From Patescibacteria group bacterium (lineage in GTDB: Bacteria; Patescibacteriota; Minisyncoccia; Phycocordibacterales; UBA9973): a DNA stretch of 29,241 nt. Below the pieces are notes generated by a model. The model saw only the letters and a program-made list of their open reading frames with translations, did not search any database and had not been told where the DNA came from. The stretch covers positions 1-29,241 of the forward strand of contig JAUPWJ010000036.1 of NCBI GenBank assembly GCA_030916575.1, read 5' to 3'. The position numbers were made by a program, and so were the translations under genes. Shown piece by piece: positions 7,933-17,047 of this stretch (within the stretch, counting starts at the first letter, position 1; each line of letters starts with the position of its first letter).

Positions 7933-8754
7933 TTACCTATTCCCTTTATGTTTTTTAAATAAATAAGCTGAAAGTGGTATCGCAATTATAGTAAATCCTA
8001 AACACCAAATTATTGCTAGAGTCATGTGGTTACTCATCGGTGTACCGATGAGAAGTGACCTTAATGCTTCAATAACGTGCGTTATAGGTTGATTCTCCGC
8101 AAAGAACTTTATTGCCGGAGCCATGCCATCAGTTGGAGTAAATGCACTTGAAGCAAATGTCAGTGGGAATATCATAACAAACCCTATCCATTGAACTGCT
8201 TCGATAGAACGAGCAACGAGACCCATAATAGCGGAAAGCCAAGAAATAGCAAAAGTAAAAAGTAATAAAAGGCCAACAACTTGAAGCCATTCTAATGGTG
8301 TCGCATTTGGTCTAAAACCTACAAGTAATGCTATACCTACCATAAATACAGATGAGAGGGTGTTGCGTATCAAATCCCCTATCACATGACCTGTAATTAC
8401 AGCCGAGCCTATAATTGGTAAAGATTTTATACGTTCTATAATTCCCTTCTTTAAATCATTTGCCACAGATAGCGATGTGGTAAGTGCACCGAAAGCTGCC
8501 ATTTGAACCCAAATACCTGCTACTAGATAATTTACATAAGAGACCTCTCCAGTATCTATGGAACCACCAAAGACATAACGGAAAAGTAACATAAACATAA
8601 CTGGAGAAATAATGATTGAGAGAAGTTGATCTAAATTTTGAAAAATATGTTTACAACTTCTTCCAACTAATATCAAAGTATCAAAAAAAGCAAAATATAA
8701 TTTTGATTTCTTCATCGGCACTGCAATATCATTTTTTGTAGTTAGTGTTTCCAT
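7933..8754 (-). CDS. ABC-2 type exporter permease (DrrB-like)
   Basis: Motifs YVNYLVAGI, GIIERIKSLP, FPLTFASSAF and NQPITHVIEALR; six TM segments; adjacent ATPase. Confidence 0.9.
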   Translation of the reverse strand: METLTTKNDIAVPMKKSKLYFAFFDTLILVGRSCKHIFQNLDQLLSIIISPVMFMLLFRYVFGGSIDTGEVSYVNYLVAGIWVQMAAFGALTTSLSVANDLKKGIIERIKSLPIIGSAVITGHVIGDLIRNTLSSVFMVGIALLVGFRPNATPLEWLQVVGLLLLFTFAISWLSAIMGLVARSIEAVQWIGFVMIFPLTFASSAFTPTDGMAPAIKFFAENQPITHVIEALRSLLIGTPMSNHMTLAIIWCLGFTIIAIPLSAYLFKKHKGNR

Positions 8755-8755
8755 A

Positions 8756-9728
8756 TTATTTTTCTTCTTTTTTATCTTCTAAAACAGTTCCTACTCCAGT
8801 AAGCTTTAAGAAAACGTCATCTAGTGTCGGCTTGTGTAGAGAAAAACTTTCAACTTCAATACCTCCAGCTTCGAGTTTATCTAAAATCTTTTTCAATTCT
8901 GCTACTGACCCACCAGTAGTCACTGAAATAAGTATTTCTTCTTCTTTAAAGAAAGCCACATCATTACCTATTGCCACCTTAGCTTTCTCAAAATCATTTT
9001 TAGATTTCAAAACTATTTCCAATCTTTCTTTTCCAACTTTATCTTTGAGTTCATTGGCTGTTCCACTTGCGATGATTGTGCCGTGATCTAATACCACAAT
9101 CTTATCTGCCAATTTATCTGCTTCATCTAAGTATTGAGTGGTGAGTAATATTGTTGTCCCTTCTTTTAAAAGTCTTTCAACTATTTCCCAAATTTTCAAA
9201 CGACTCCTTGGGTCAAGACCTGTGGTTGGTTCGTCTAAGAAAAGTATTGGTGGTGTCGCAATTAAAGATACAGCTAAGTCAAGCCGTCTTCGCATTCCTC
9301 CAGAATATGTTTTCGCAGGGCGGTCTGCAGCATCAACTAAATCAAATTCCTTTAAAAGTTCTTCTGTGCGTCTCTTTGTATCTACTTTGCTTAAGTGATA
9401 GAGCCTGCCCATCATATTTAGATTATCTCTTCCTGTGAGATATTCATCCACTGCCGCGTATTGACCAGTAAGGCCGATATTTGCCCGCACTCCATCAGCT
9501 TCTTTAACTTACATCATAGCCTGCAATAACAGCAGTCCCCGAATCAGGTTTTAAAAGCGTACTTAAAATACGAACCATGGTTGTCTTTCCTGCTCCATTT
9601 GGTCCTAAAAGTGCGAGCATTGTCCCCCTCTTTACATCAAGGTCAATACCTTTTAATACTTCCACTTTCCCGTAAGACATTTTAAGTCCACGAATAGATA
9701 TTACATTTTCATTTTCTATATTTTGCAT
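8756..9728 (-). pseudogene. DrrA-like ABC ATPase split by one extra base at about 9510
   Basis: Walker [10 protein letters not shown] lies in 9504-9728; signature YSGGMRRR and Walker B LFLDEP lie in 8756-9490. Removing one A in GAT GTA A GTT AAA GAA restores [16 protein letters not shown]. Confidence 0.88.
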
Positions 9729-9759
9729 TTATTTTTATATTAAAAAATTAATCCTAGAA

Positions 9760-10194
9760 TTACGCATCAAATAAATCAATCTTTTTATTTTTTACATGTG
9801 GAATTCGAGGAACAACAATTGCTACAAGCCCAGCCAAAATTGCTACTACATAAAAACCAAAACCAATACTCATACCAATAGCTCCAGCAAACCACAAACT
9901 CGCGGCTGTGGTTAAATTTTTCACACTTGTTCCTTCTTTTAAAATAAGTCCAGCACCTAGGAAACCTATACCTGTGACTATCTGTGCTGCAATTCTAGAT
10001 TTTGAAGCTGGGTCTACCATGCCTGAAAGTAATGTAAAAAGCATCGCCCCAGAAATAACAAATATGTGAGTACTGATACCAGCATCTTTCCCCCTGCTTT
10101 CTCGCTCAGCACCTATTAAATAACCCAATACTACTGCTAAAAGCATGCTAATAATGAACTTTATTTCTATATCTCCTATAAATAATTCGAACAT
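9760..10194 (-). CDS. MgtC/SapB family membrane protein; start MFELF at 10194
   Basis: Motifs IGAERE, AGISTH, RIAAQIVTGIGFLGAG and NLTTAASLW. TGC-TATAAT lies 6 nt before 10194. Confidence 0.92.
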   Translation of the reverse strand: MFELFIGDIEIKFIISMLLAVVLGYLIGAERESRGKDAGISTHIFVISGAMLFTLLSGMVDPASKSRIAAQIVTGIGFLGAGLILKEGTSVKNLTTAASLWFAGAIGMSIGFGFYVVAILAGLVAIVVPRIPHVKNKKIDLFDA

Positions 10195-10201
10195 TTTCCT
10201 A

Positions 10202-10882
10202 TTATAGCAAAAAATCAATAACTGCGAAAATACGCACTGGCGCTTCTGTAGCATCTTTTATTTTCATTGGCATTATAAAAATTTTTGCTCCGACACTAGG
10301 AACCTTATCTACATTTGCAATATTTTCTACTAAATATTTATCTCCACCCAAAATCATTCTATGCACTGGAAATCCATTAGCTCCAACATCAGCAGATAAA
10401 GTATCAGTGCCGAGTCCAACAATACTCCTCTCTAAAAGTAATTTAGCTGTATCTTCATGTACGCTTGGGAATTTATAATTATTTCTATACTTGTCTCTAT
10501 CCTCCCAGTACTTACTCCAACCAGTATAAAAAATTACAAAGGATTTTTTGGGTATAACGCCATGTTCTTTTTCAAATTTTGAAATTACATCTGGAATTAT
10601 AATATAATTTTCATCTGCCTCATTACTCACATCAATGACGATGCAATCAATAATCAACTCATCTTCTCTGAGAAAATCTATAGTTCGTCCGCCTTCTGCC
10701 ACATGTGCTGGTGCATCCATGTGTGTGCCAACTCCTGCGCCACATTTTACTTTATTTGTTCTAAATAAGTCAGGGATGGTGCAATCTTTATAATCTGTAT
10801 CAATAGAAAGTTCAAAATTATAAGAGCCATCCCATGTCGGAATGTCTTTTGAAAGAGAATACGTAAGATCAATTACTTTCAT
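10202..10882 (-). CDS. Cyclase-family metal hydrolase (kynurenine formamidase-like)
   Basis: Motifs GTHMDAPAH, GLGTDTLS and ENIAN...APVRIFA. Confidence 0.9.
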   Translation of the reverse strand: MKVIDLTYSLSKDIPTWDGSYNFELSIDTDYKDCTIPDLFRTNKVKCGAGVGTHMDAPAHVAEGGRTIDFLREDELIIDCIVIDVSNEADENYIIIPDVISKFEKEHGVIPKKSFVIFYTGWSKYWEDRDKYRNNYKFPSVHEDTAKLLLERSIVGLGTDTLSADVGANGFPVHRMILGGDKYLVENIANVDKVPSVGAKIFIMPMKIKDATEAPVRIFAVIDFLL

Positions 10883-11232
10883 TTATTTTCTAAAACCTTA
10901 ATTGATCTATTTATAACAACAAATCCATAACCCCAAATAAATGGCAACCAAAGAGGCATCAAACCAAATAAAGAAATTCTTTCAAAAGTTTCTACTCCTG
11001 TACTTATAAATATAGATTCAAAAATAGTCATCATTATAAAACCAAAAATAAAAATCTTTACATCATTTCTGTCTTTCTTAATAAGAAAAGAAGCAGTGAT
11101 AATGACTAAATAAAAAAATGCGAGCCACTTATCATCTTGTATAAGTGGTATTAACCCTATCATTACTAATATTGGAAAAGAATACTCAAATATTTTCCAA
11201 GCTTTTTCTTTTATATGTAAATGTTGATTCAT
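10879..11232 (-). CDS. Small multi-pass membrane protein (possibly DUF2878-like)
   Basis: About four hydrophobic helices; motif PLWLPFIWG. TGG-TATAAT lies 7 nt upstream. Confidence 0.7.
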   Translation of the reverse strand: MNQHLHIKEKAWKIFEYSFPILVMIGLIPLIQDDKWLAFFYLVIITASFLIKKDRNDVKIFIFGFIMMTIFESIFISTGVETFERISLFGLMPLWLPFIWGYGFVVINRSIKVLENK

Positions 11233-11251
11233 ATATAAAATTATACCACAC

Positions 11252-11605
11252 TTATTTATAAATATAATGAAAGTATAAATTCAGTAATAGGGAGCTTCCT
11301 AAGAAAAAAGTCGCTGCCCACATGAAAAATACAGGAGAAAGTCTGTTTTGAGTAATCTTACGAATATAGAAAGTAGCCCAAGTATGGTCATAATTTAATT
11401 CTATATCAATTTTCTTCCTCAAGAAAAATTCCCATCTACTGAGCAAACAGTAACCTAAAAATAAATCAAATAAAAGAGTGATACCTGTTGTCACTAAGTA
11501 AACATACCACAAATTTGGTATGGCCCAACCAAATAAAACTATCAAAAATACAAATAAATGTATAAAGAAAAGAAAATCTGCTGAAATTTTATAAATTAGT
11601 TTCAT
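11252..11605 (-). CDS. Small membrane protein (DUF2784-like)
   Basis: ADFLFFIH..FGW and CLLSRWE..LR resemble DUF2784 motifs. Confidence 0.65.
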   Translation of the reverse strand: MKLIYKISADFLFFIHLFVFLIVLFGWAIPNLWYVYLVTTGITLLFDLFLGYCLLSRWEFFLRKKIDIELNYDHTWATFYIRKITQNRLSPVFFMWAATFFLGSSLLLNLYFHYIYK

Positions 11606-11606
11606 T

Positions 11607-12182
11607 TTAATTATTTATCACCATGAACTCCCCTTCTTTTAATGCATATACCCGTAACTCCTCTTTATAATTTTTTAAATCTTCCAAAGATTTATCCCAA
11701 TTTACATTATATTCTTCTGACTTCCAGTGGACAATTACCTTTGCTGATGTTAACCCAAAGCCTTCTTTAATAACATGAGAGTTTAGTCCGTAAAAATACT
11801 TTACTATAACATTAGCACCGGCTGAAGTGCCTGCTAGAGTTTTTCCTTCTAACTCTTTTATCCAGCTTTGATTTTTATTTAAAATATTTATAAGAGGATC
11901 AGTATGCCCTCCTCTTATAAAAATTACATCAGAATTTTTGACTTGTTCTGTGAAGTTCTCTATTTGGGCTAACTCAAGCTCGAAGTTTTTTATGTATTTG
12001 GTAAAAAATATTTTATCTTTTTCAAATGTTTCCTCCCAAGCTTCTATTGGCCTTGCAAACATGCAGTCTAAAATCTTGATTGATTTTTTATCAATACCAC
12101 TGATTAACTCCTCACAAAAAGCCTTACCTTTGTCTTCGGCTTTCTGTACATATCCTCCAACTAAAATATATTTCGTGCTCAT
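11607..12182 (-). CDS. Peptidase S51 (peptidase E) / class I glutamine amidotransferase-like hydrolase
   Basis: Motifs SDVIFIRGG, AGTSAGA (nucleophile Ser) and VIVHW. Confidence 0.85.
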   Translation of the reverse strand: MSTKYILVGGYVQKAEDKGKAFCEELISGIDKKSIKILDCMFARPIEAWEETFEKDKIFFTKYIKNFELELAQIENFTEQVKNSDVIFIRGGHTDPLINILNKNQSWIKELEGKTLAGTSAGANVIVKYFYGLNSHVIKEGFGLTSAKVIVHWKSEEYNVNWDKSLEDLKNYKEELRVYALKEGEFMVINN

Positions 12183-12187
12183 AAATT

Positions 12188-12862
12188 TTAATCTAAAATA
12201 ATCTCTCGTATTGTTTTTAAAAGTAGATCTCTATCTTTACCATTAAAACTATGGTCACCATCTAGTGATGTCAACTTAATTTTTGTATTTAGCTCTCCTA
12301 AATCAACTTTTGGTAAAATAATATCTTGATTTGCATTTATAATTATCAATTCGGTTTTTTCAACAAAGGAATTGTATGCTTCAAATGGTTTAACATTTTT
12401 TCTCTCTAACCAGCATTCTTTAGGAACAAATCTCACATAACCATCAAGCACGGGTAGCCTAGACATACCTTCTAAATTTATTTCTGCATTAGGACGAGAA
12501 GCATATCTTTTCAATGTATGCTCTATACTTAAATCAAATACTGGAGCAAGTAATATAGTTTTTCTGATACCTTCCGGCTTGGCTATCGCAGGTATTAATG
12601 TTCCCATTGAATGGCCAATTAAATCTATAACTGAATTTGGGTTTTTTTCTTTAACTTCACTTATAACATTCTCTAATTTTTTAACTTGTTCGCTTATTGG
12701 ACAAATCGTAATTGCTTTATTCTCTTCATCAATATCATAATAATCAAATAAAACTGACTCCGCCTCTGGAATTTTTTCTGCTATATCAATAAGTAACCCT
12801 AAATCATCTTTCTTGACTCCATGCCCGTGTGAAAATATTACAATGTGTTTTTTATCTTTCAT
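12188..12862 (-). CDS. Alpha/beta hydrolase
   Basis: HGHG oxyanion motif, GHSMG nucleophile, and D plus DH triad residues. Confidence 0.88.
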   Translation of the reverse strand: MKDKKHIVIFSHGHGVKKDDLGLLIDIAEKIPEAESVLFDYYDIDEENKAITICPISEQVKKLENVISEVKEKNPNSVIDLIGHSMGTLIPAIAKPEGIRKTILLAPVFDLSIEHTLKRYASRPNAEINLEGMSRLPVLDGYVRFVPKECWLERKNVKPFEAYNSFVEKTELIIINANQDIILPKVDLGELNTKIKLTSLDGDHSFNGKDRDLLLKTIREIILD

Positions 12863-13461
12863 AAATTTATTCCTAAAGTTTTTAAATACTCCGCAAATGA
12901 TTTTGAGTCTGTATAGACATAACCTGTGATACCGAGCTTTTCACTTGCAAGGACATTTTCTTTGTTATCATCAATAAATACACATTCTTCGGGCTTTGAA
13001 CTTATCTTCTCTAGAGCATGTAAATAAATTTCCTTATCTGGTTTTACCATCCCGACTTCTGAAGAAATTACTATTTCATCAAAAAGATTTTTAAATTCGG
13101 GATAAAGTATATAAATTTTTCTTTCAAAAAAAGAAGCATTTGCATTAGAAAGAAGTATGGTTTTAAATCCTGTGTTTTTAAGTTTACCTATCATATCAGC
13201 CAAGGTTCTATCTAATTTTAGGTACGTATCTATTTCATCTCGTATAGCTTCTTTAGTTAAATTTATTCCTTCATATTTTGAAAAATATTCTGCCATATCG
13301 TCTTCTGACATTTTACCCAAATCAAATTCTCTTAGAATGTCATGTAGTTTTTCATCTATGAATCCATGCTTTCCACTTTTGTGTTTATACCAATTAGACA
13401 ATGGTGGGTCACAAATAACCCCAAAGCAATCAAATATAAAAGTGTTTATTTTTGTATCCAT
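12859..13461 (-). CDS. HAD-superfamily phosphatase
   Basis: Motif I FIFDCFGV, motif II LLSN, motif III KPD, motif IV FIDDNKEN. Confidence 0.88.
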   Translation of the reverse strand: MDTKINTFIFDCFGVICDPPLSNWYKHKSGKHGFIDEKLHDILREFDLGKMSEDDMAEYFSKYEGINLTKEAIRDEIDTYLKLDRTLADMIGKLKNTGFKTILLSNANASFFERKIYILYPEFKNLFDEIVISSEVGMVKPDKEIYLHALEKISSKPEECVFIDDNKENVLASEKLGITGYVYTDSKSFAEYLKTLGINL

Positions 13462-13462
13462 T

Positions 13463-14335
13463 TTATTTCTTATCTTTTACTTTTCTCTCATCTGTTGATG
13501 CTAGGAGAGTATTTACACTATTTAGTAGTGTTTTCACTTTTTCATGAATTTGTTCAATATTTTGCATGTCTTCTTTGCGCATACCCTCTTTATTCATCAG
13601 CGTCGTCTCAGTAAGCCAAGAAATACCAGTAAGTGGTGAACGCAAATCGTGTGTAGCAAGAGAGAAAAGTTTTTCTTTAAAAGAAATATACTCTTTTTCT
13701 TTTCTTCGTAAAAGAAGGCCAATAAAAATTAAAATCAAAACGAAAATAGTAGAAATTATTGGTATAGCAAGGTGAGTATATAAATTTCTAAAATATCTAT
13801 CTGCACTCATGTCCATACCGAGCACAGCTATGACTTGACCTTCGTGCTTGATAGACACGAGTGAAGTAAGCCAGCTCCCCCATCTGTCAGTGCTAAATTC
13901 TATACCTTCACCTTTCTCACCTTTCAATATTTCAATATCTAAATCAGTTGCCTCGTCGTAAACTTGCCCTGGTGGAGAATAATCTTCTGAAGTATCAGGT
14001 TCGGAGTCCAAATAGAAAAAAACTTGATCATTTCTATATCCTAAAAAATACACGAAACGTACTTCTTCATTTGTGGCTCGGATTGTTTCTAATTTATTTT
14101 TAAGTGATAAGTATACAGGACTAGTTAAATCTAGAGGAGTACCCGTTAAATTCATAATATCATCAATATTAAAAGCGACGGCCATAGAGGCAACATCTTT
14201 TAATAGAGTTTTCTGTGTATTATTTGAGACATCTTTGTAAGTATAGAAGGTTGCAAAAATTCCAACAAGAAGAATAATAACTATTATGACAACATAGTAC
14301 CAAGAGAATAATTGACTAGACGATTTATAATTCAT
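13463..14335 (-). CDS. Membrane sensor with a HisKA (DHp) domain but no HATPase domain
   Basis: TM, about 150-aa extracytoplasmic domain, TM, H-box ATHDLRSPLTGI and a second DHp helix, then stop. The next gene starts 1 nt later. Confidence 0.85.
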   Translation of the reverse strand: MNYKSSSQLFSWYYVVIIVIILLVGIFATFYTYKDVSNNTQKTLLKDVASMAVAFNIDDIMNLTGTPLDLTSPVYLSLKNKLETIRATNEEVRFVYFLGYRNDQVFFYLDSEPDTSEDYSPPGQVYDEATDLDIEILKGEKGEGIEFSTDRWGSWLTSLVSIKHEGQVIAVLGMDMSADRYFRNLYTHLAIPIISTIFVLILIFIGLLLRRKEKEYISFKEKLFSLATHDLRSPLTGISWLTETTLMNKEGMRKEDMQNIEQIHEKVKTLLNSVNTLLASTDERKVKDKK

Positions 14336-14337
14336 TA

Positions 14338-14730
14338 CTAAATTTCTTTACTGAGTAAATCTTTCACTTTTTCTAAAATCTCCACTGGATTCACTTTTGA
14401 CTTTAAAAGAAACAAAGAAGGCTTATCTGCGACTATTCCTTTCATGACTTCATCATTAGCATCAAAATTCGTAAGGATAATGACAGGGACTTTCTCTCCC
14501 CAAGGACCTGCTTTACGGATTTCATGTAGAACACTCATGCCGTCTGCTTTATCCATTTCCACATCTGTAATTATTAAGTTCGGCTCTTTATTTAAAGCTT
14601 GTACTAAACCTTCATTGCCGTCTCTAGCAGTGAGCATTTGAAAACCTTCCGCACTAAATACAGTAATAAGGGACTTCAAAATCATCTCGTCATCATCAAT
14701 AAGTAAAATTTTTGTATCTTTTGGGTTCAT
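14338..14730 (-). CDS. Single-domain response regulator (receiver only)
   Basis: Motifs LLIDDD, ITD (phosphoacceptor), ILT and LLK; 130 aa. Confidence 0.92.
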   Translation of the reverse strand: MNPKDTKILLIDDDEMILKSLITVFSAEGFQMLTARDGNEGLVQALNKEPNLIITDVEMDKADGMSVLHEIRKAGPWGEKVPVIILTNFDANDEVMKGIVADKPSLFLLKSKVNPVEILEKVKDLLSKEI

Positions 14731-14759
14731 ATCAATATTATAACACTTCTATTAAACAA

Positions 14760-15764
14760 CTACCTACACTTCGCTCCAGAGATTGGGCTGTATAAAGTAG
14801 TTGCTGTACATCCAGGAATCAAGGTCGAAGTTGAGCCCAATAAAATTGCACGAGATGCGGGGCCAAAAACTCCGTCTGCTGTTAAGCCTTTACTAATTTG
14901 AAAAGTAATTACTGCAGACTTAGTCTTAGGACCAAAAGTTCCATCTGGATTTATGCCAAGAGCAGACTGCATTGCCTTAACATCATCCCCCACCATGCCG
15001 AGTTTTAAAGTTCTAGCTATGCCAGAAACTACAGCAACTTTTTTCACAAGAGAATCTAATATTTCTGTAGGTAAGACAATACCCAAGCTTTGAGCTAAAA
15101 GTAATTCACTTTTATAATTTGAAACAACGAAATTTATAAGAACTTCTTCATCGTCCTCATCATTCATTTCATCTAATGCTTGGAGTAAACTCTCAATTTT
15201 ATCTTTCAAAATAAAAATTTTAGTTAATCGAGGAAATGGGTCTACTGCATCTCCGTCGTCATCATGAAGTTCATAATGCAAATGCGGTGCAGTTGATATA
15301 GCATTACCAGTGTTGCCTACATAACCGATAATCTCCCCTACTTTCAAAACATCTCCTTCATCAATATCTGCGAAAGAATCCAAATGCATATATGCCATAC
15401 TCTCACCTCCAGGATTTGCCGTATAAACATAAAGTCCTGCAGAGTCGCCCTCGCCTATACGAGTAACCACTGCTTCTGTAGGGCTCGCTATCGGTGTGCC
15501 TTTTGGTGCCATGATATCTAAGCCTTCGTGTTTCCGCCCTCCACTTCGAGGGTCTCCAAAATTTCTAACGATATTATTCGGAGTTGTGCCGAAAAGTAAT
15601 GGCACAGGTAAATCGTCTACTCTGTCATTACCTAAATCATTAATTTTATTTTGTAGCGAACTTCCTCCACGATGACGAGCAAAGGCAACATCGGGTGCTA
15701 ACATACCAACTATAAATACAAAAAGAAAGAAAGATACTACAGTATTTTTTAGTAATTTATTCAT
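14760..15764 (-). CDS. Secreted M23 peptidase with a C-terminal peptidoglycan-binding domain
   Basis: Signal peptide (AFA), HEGLD and PHLHYE zinc motifs, PG_binding_1-like LKLGMVGDDVKAMQSAL...DGVFGPASR, and a terminal C-x13-C motif. Confidence 0.9.
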   Translation of the reverse strand: MNKLLKNTVVSFFLFVFIVGMLAPDVAFARHRGGSSLQNKINDLGNDRVDDLPVPLLFGTTPNNIVRNFGDPRSGGRKHEGLDIMAPKGTPIASPTEAVVTRIGEGDSAGLYVYTANPGGESMAYMHLDSFADIDEGDVLKVGEIIGYVGNTGNAISTAPHLHYELHDDDGDAVDPFPRLTKIFILKDKIESLLQALDEMNDEDDEEVLINFVVSNYKSELLLAQSLGIVLPTEILDSLVKKVAVVSGIARTLKLGMVGDDVKAMQSALGINPDGTFGPKTKSAVITFQISKGLTADGVFGPASRAILLGSTSTLIPGCTATTLYSPISGAKCR

Positions 15765-15848
15765 ACTTCAATTATAGCATGTATAACATTGTAAAAAGCT
15801 TTAAAATTGGTATACTCATTATTGTCCGGAAATTTATTGATATCCTAT

Positions 15849-15919
15849 TGGGGGATCGTCTAATGGTAGGACAGAGGCCTTTGAAGCCTTTAATTGGGGT
15901 TCGAATCCCTGTCCCCCAG
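15849..15919 (+). tRNA. tRNA-Gln(TTG); CCA not fully encoded
   Basis: Acceptor TGGGGGA/TCCCCCA, anticodon arm GAGGC-CTTTGAA-GCCTT, T-loop GTTCGAATC. Confidence 0.95.
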
Positions 15920-15937
15920 CACTATAATAACTTATCT

Positions 15938-15946
15938 TTATCCACA
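15938..15946 (+). promoter_or_regulatory. Perfect DnaA box TTATCCACA
   Basis: Exact 9-mer between tRNA-Gln and the next promoter. Confidence 0.6.
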
Positions 15947-15958
15947 TTTTTACTATAC

Positions 15959-15991
15959 TTGACTTGACTTATATTGTGTGGTTATGATACT
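15959..15991 (+). promoter_or_regulatory. Putative sigma70 promoter of the orphan secreted-protein gene
   Basis: Tandem TTGACT (15959 and 15964) with TATGAT at N18 or GATACT at N16. Confidence 0.55.
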
Positions 15992-16135
15992 ATCTTTCTA
16001 ATTTGGTTCTTAGAAAAAATATTAGGTTTTCAGTGTGGCTCTTTGGGCATAAACAATTATTTCCAAAAAGCCATACTGAATTTCTCCGTTGATTTCAGTT
16101 TAAATGGTGTTTTTTCACACTTTAATTTTTTCAAT

Positions 16136-16846
16136 ATGAAAACATTATCGTCGTTTAAAGGCTCCCCACCTAAAAGGGGAATAGGGATTTGCCTCCTCAT
16201 TGTGATGTTCTTCGCAATGATGAGTAGTATAGCAACTTCAACAGCAGCAGCCCGGGCCGACCTCCCTGACAAAGTCGAAAAAGCCGTTCAGGTATCGCCT
16301 GGATATGCCCAACAACTTTTGGTTGTATCTATTGAAGGTAAGATGAACATCGCCGCAAACCAGGAATCCTCGGTGGATATCATGGCAGCAGCAAATCAAA
16401 AAGAAGAAAGCATTTACCTGCAGGCCGCCGTTGTGCCTCCACTCATTGCTCAAAGAAACAGCAATATGAAGGTATACGGAATCCAATCAAGCAGCGACCA
16501 AAACTCACTGATGATCCCAATTGCGACTGTGGAGGTGCCCAACATCGGATATGTTATTACATCCGAAAATTTGAACCTGAGCCAACTTGTTGCCGTCTGG
16601 AATAAAAAAAGAATGACAGAAGAATTGTCGTTGATCCCGGAGGTCCAGGTGAAAAGGATGATCAATCCTACATCAGGAAGTGCAATGGTAACAAGTCTGC
16701 TCAAGGAGATGAACCAAAACTGCGCTGCAACAGCTAAGACTAAGGAGAATGGTCGCCAAAACCTACAGAATGATCCTGCTAAAGAAAATCCAAGTGCCGT
16801 ACAGAAAAGAGACGGTCAGGGAACGATAGCAATGGTCATTGCGTAA
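16136..16846 (+). CDS. Orphan secreted protein, GC-richer than its surroundings; likely start MKTLSSF
   Basis: Basic N-region, hydrophobic core and AAARA cleavage-like site. Lines 16261 and 16381 count 29/60 and 31/60 G+C. No family recognised. Confidence 0.7.
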   Translation: MKTLSSFKGSPPKRGIGICLLIVMFFAMMSSIATSTAAARADLPDKVEKAVQVSPGYAQQLLVVSIEGKMNIAANQESSVDIMAAANQKEESIYLQAAVVPPLIAQRNSNMKVYGIQSSSDQNSLMIPIATVEVPNIGYVITSENLNLSQLVAVWNKKRMTEELSLIPEVQVKRMINPTSGSAMVTSLLKEMNQNCAATAKTKENGRQNLQNDPAKENPSAVQKRDGQGTIAMVIA

Positions 16847-16851
16847 CACAA

Positions 16852-17040
16852 GGTTGGAGACCGGACTCCCAATTAAATCCGTACTATGTACCTTTTGAGA
16901 ATATTTTTTCACGAAAATAATTTTCTGTAAACAAACAACAGTAAACCTAGAGCCTAACAAGCTCTGTATGAACAACATACATCTCTTATCTCATTAGCGA
17001 AAAAAGCTAATGGACTATGTTAAGATGGGGTGATTTAATT
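16852..17040 (+). ncRNA. Candidate structured RNA or long structured 3' trailer
   Basis: 9-bp closing stem 16871-16879/17032-17040 enclosing several short hairpins. No known family recognised. Confidence 0.3.
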
Positions 17041-17047
17041 CTATTCT

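Noticed and set aside
9500-9520. Programmed +1 frameshift in the ABC ATPase
   Set aside because: AGT-TAA offers no plausible tRNA re-pairing and there is no stimulatory signal; a simple indel is more economical.
10195-10254. Longer MgtC start overlapping the cyclase gene
   Set aside because: The extension contains the promoter (TGC-TATAAT) and overlaps the upstream gene; 10194 fits the family N-terminus.
15974-16135. N-terminal extension of the orphan secreted protein from a GTG at 15974
   Set aside because: It lies within the promoter and structured leader; the signal peptide fits a start at 16136.
16847-17047. SRP RNA, 6S RNA, tmRNA or a known ribozyme next to dnaX
   Set aside because: No SRP GGAA-loop domain, no 6S-like rod, no tRNA-like ends and no hammerhead core were found; kept only as an unknown structured RNA candidate.
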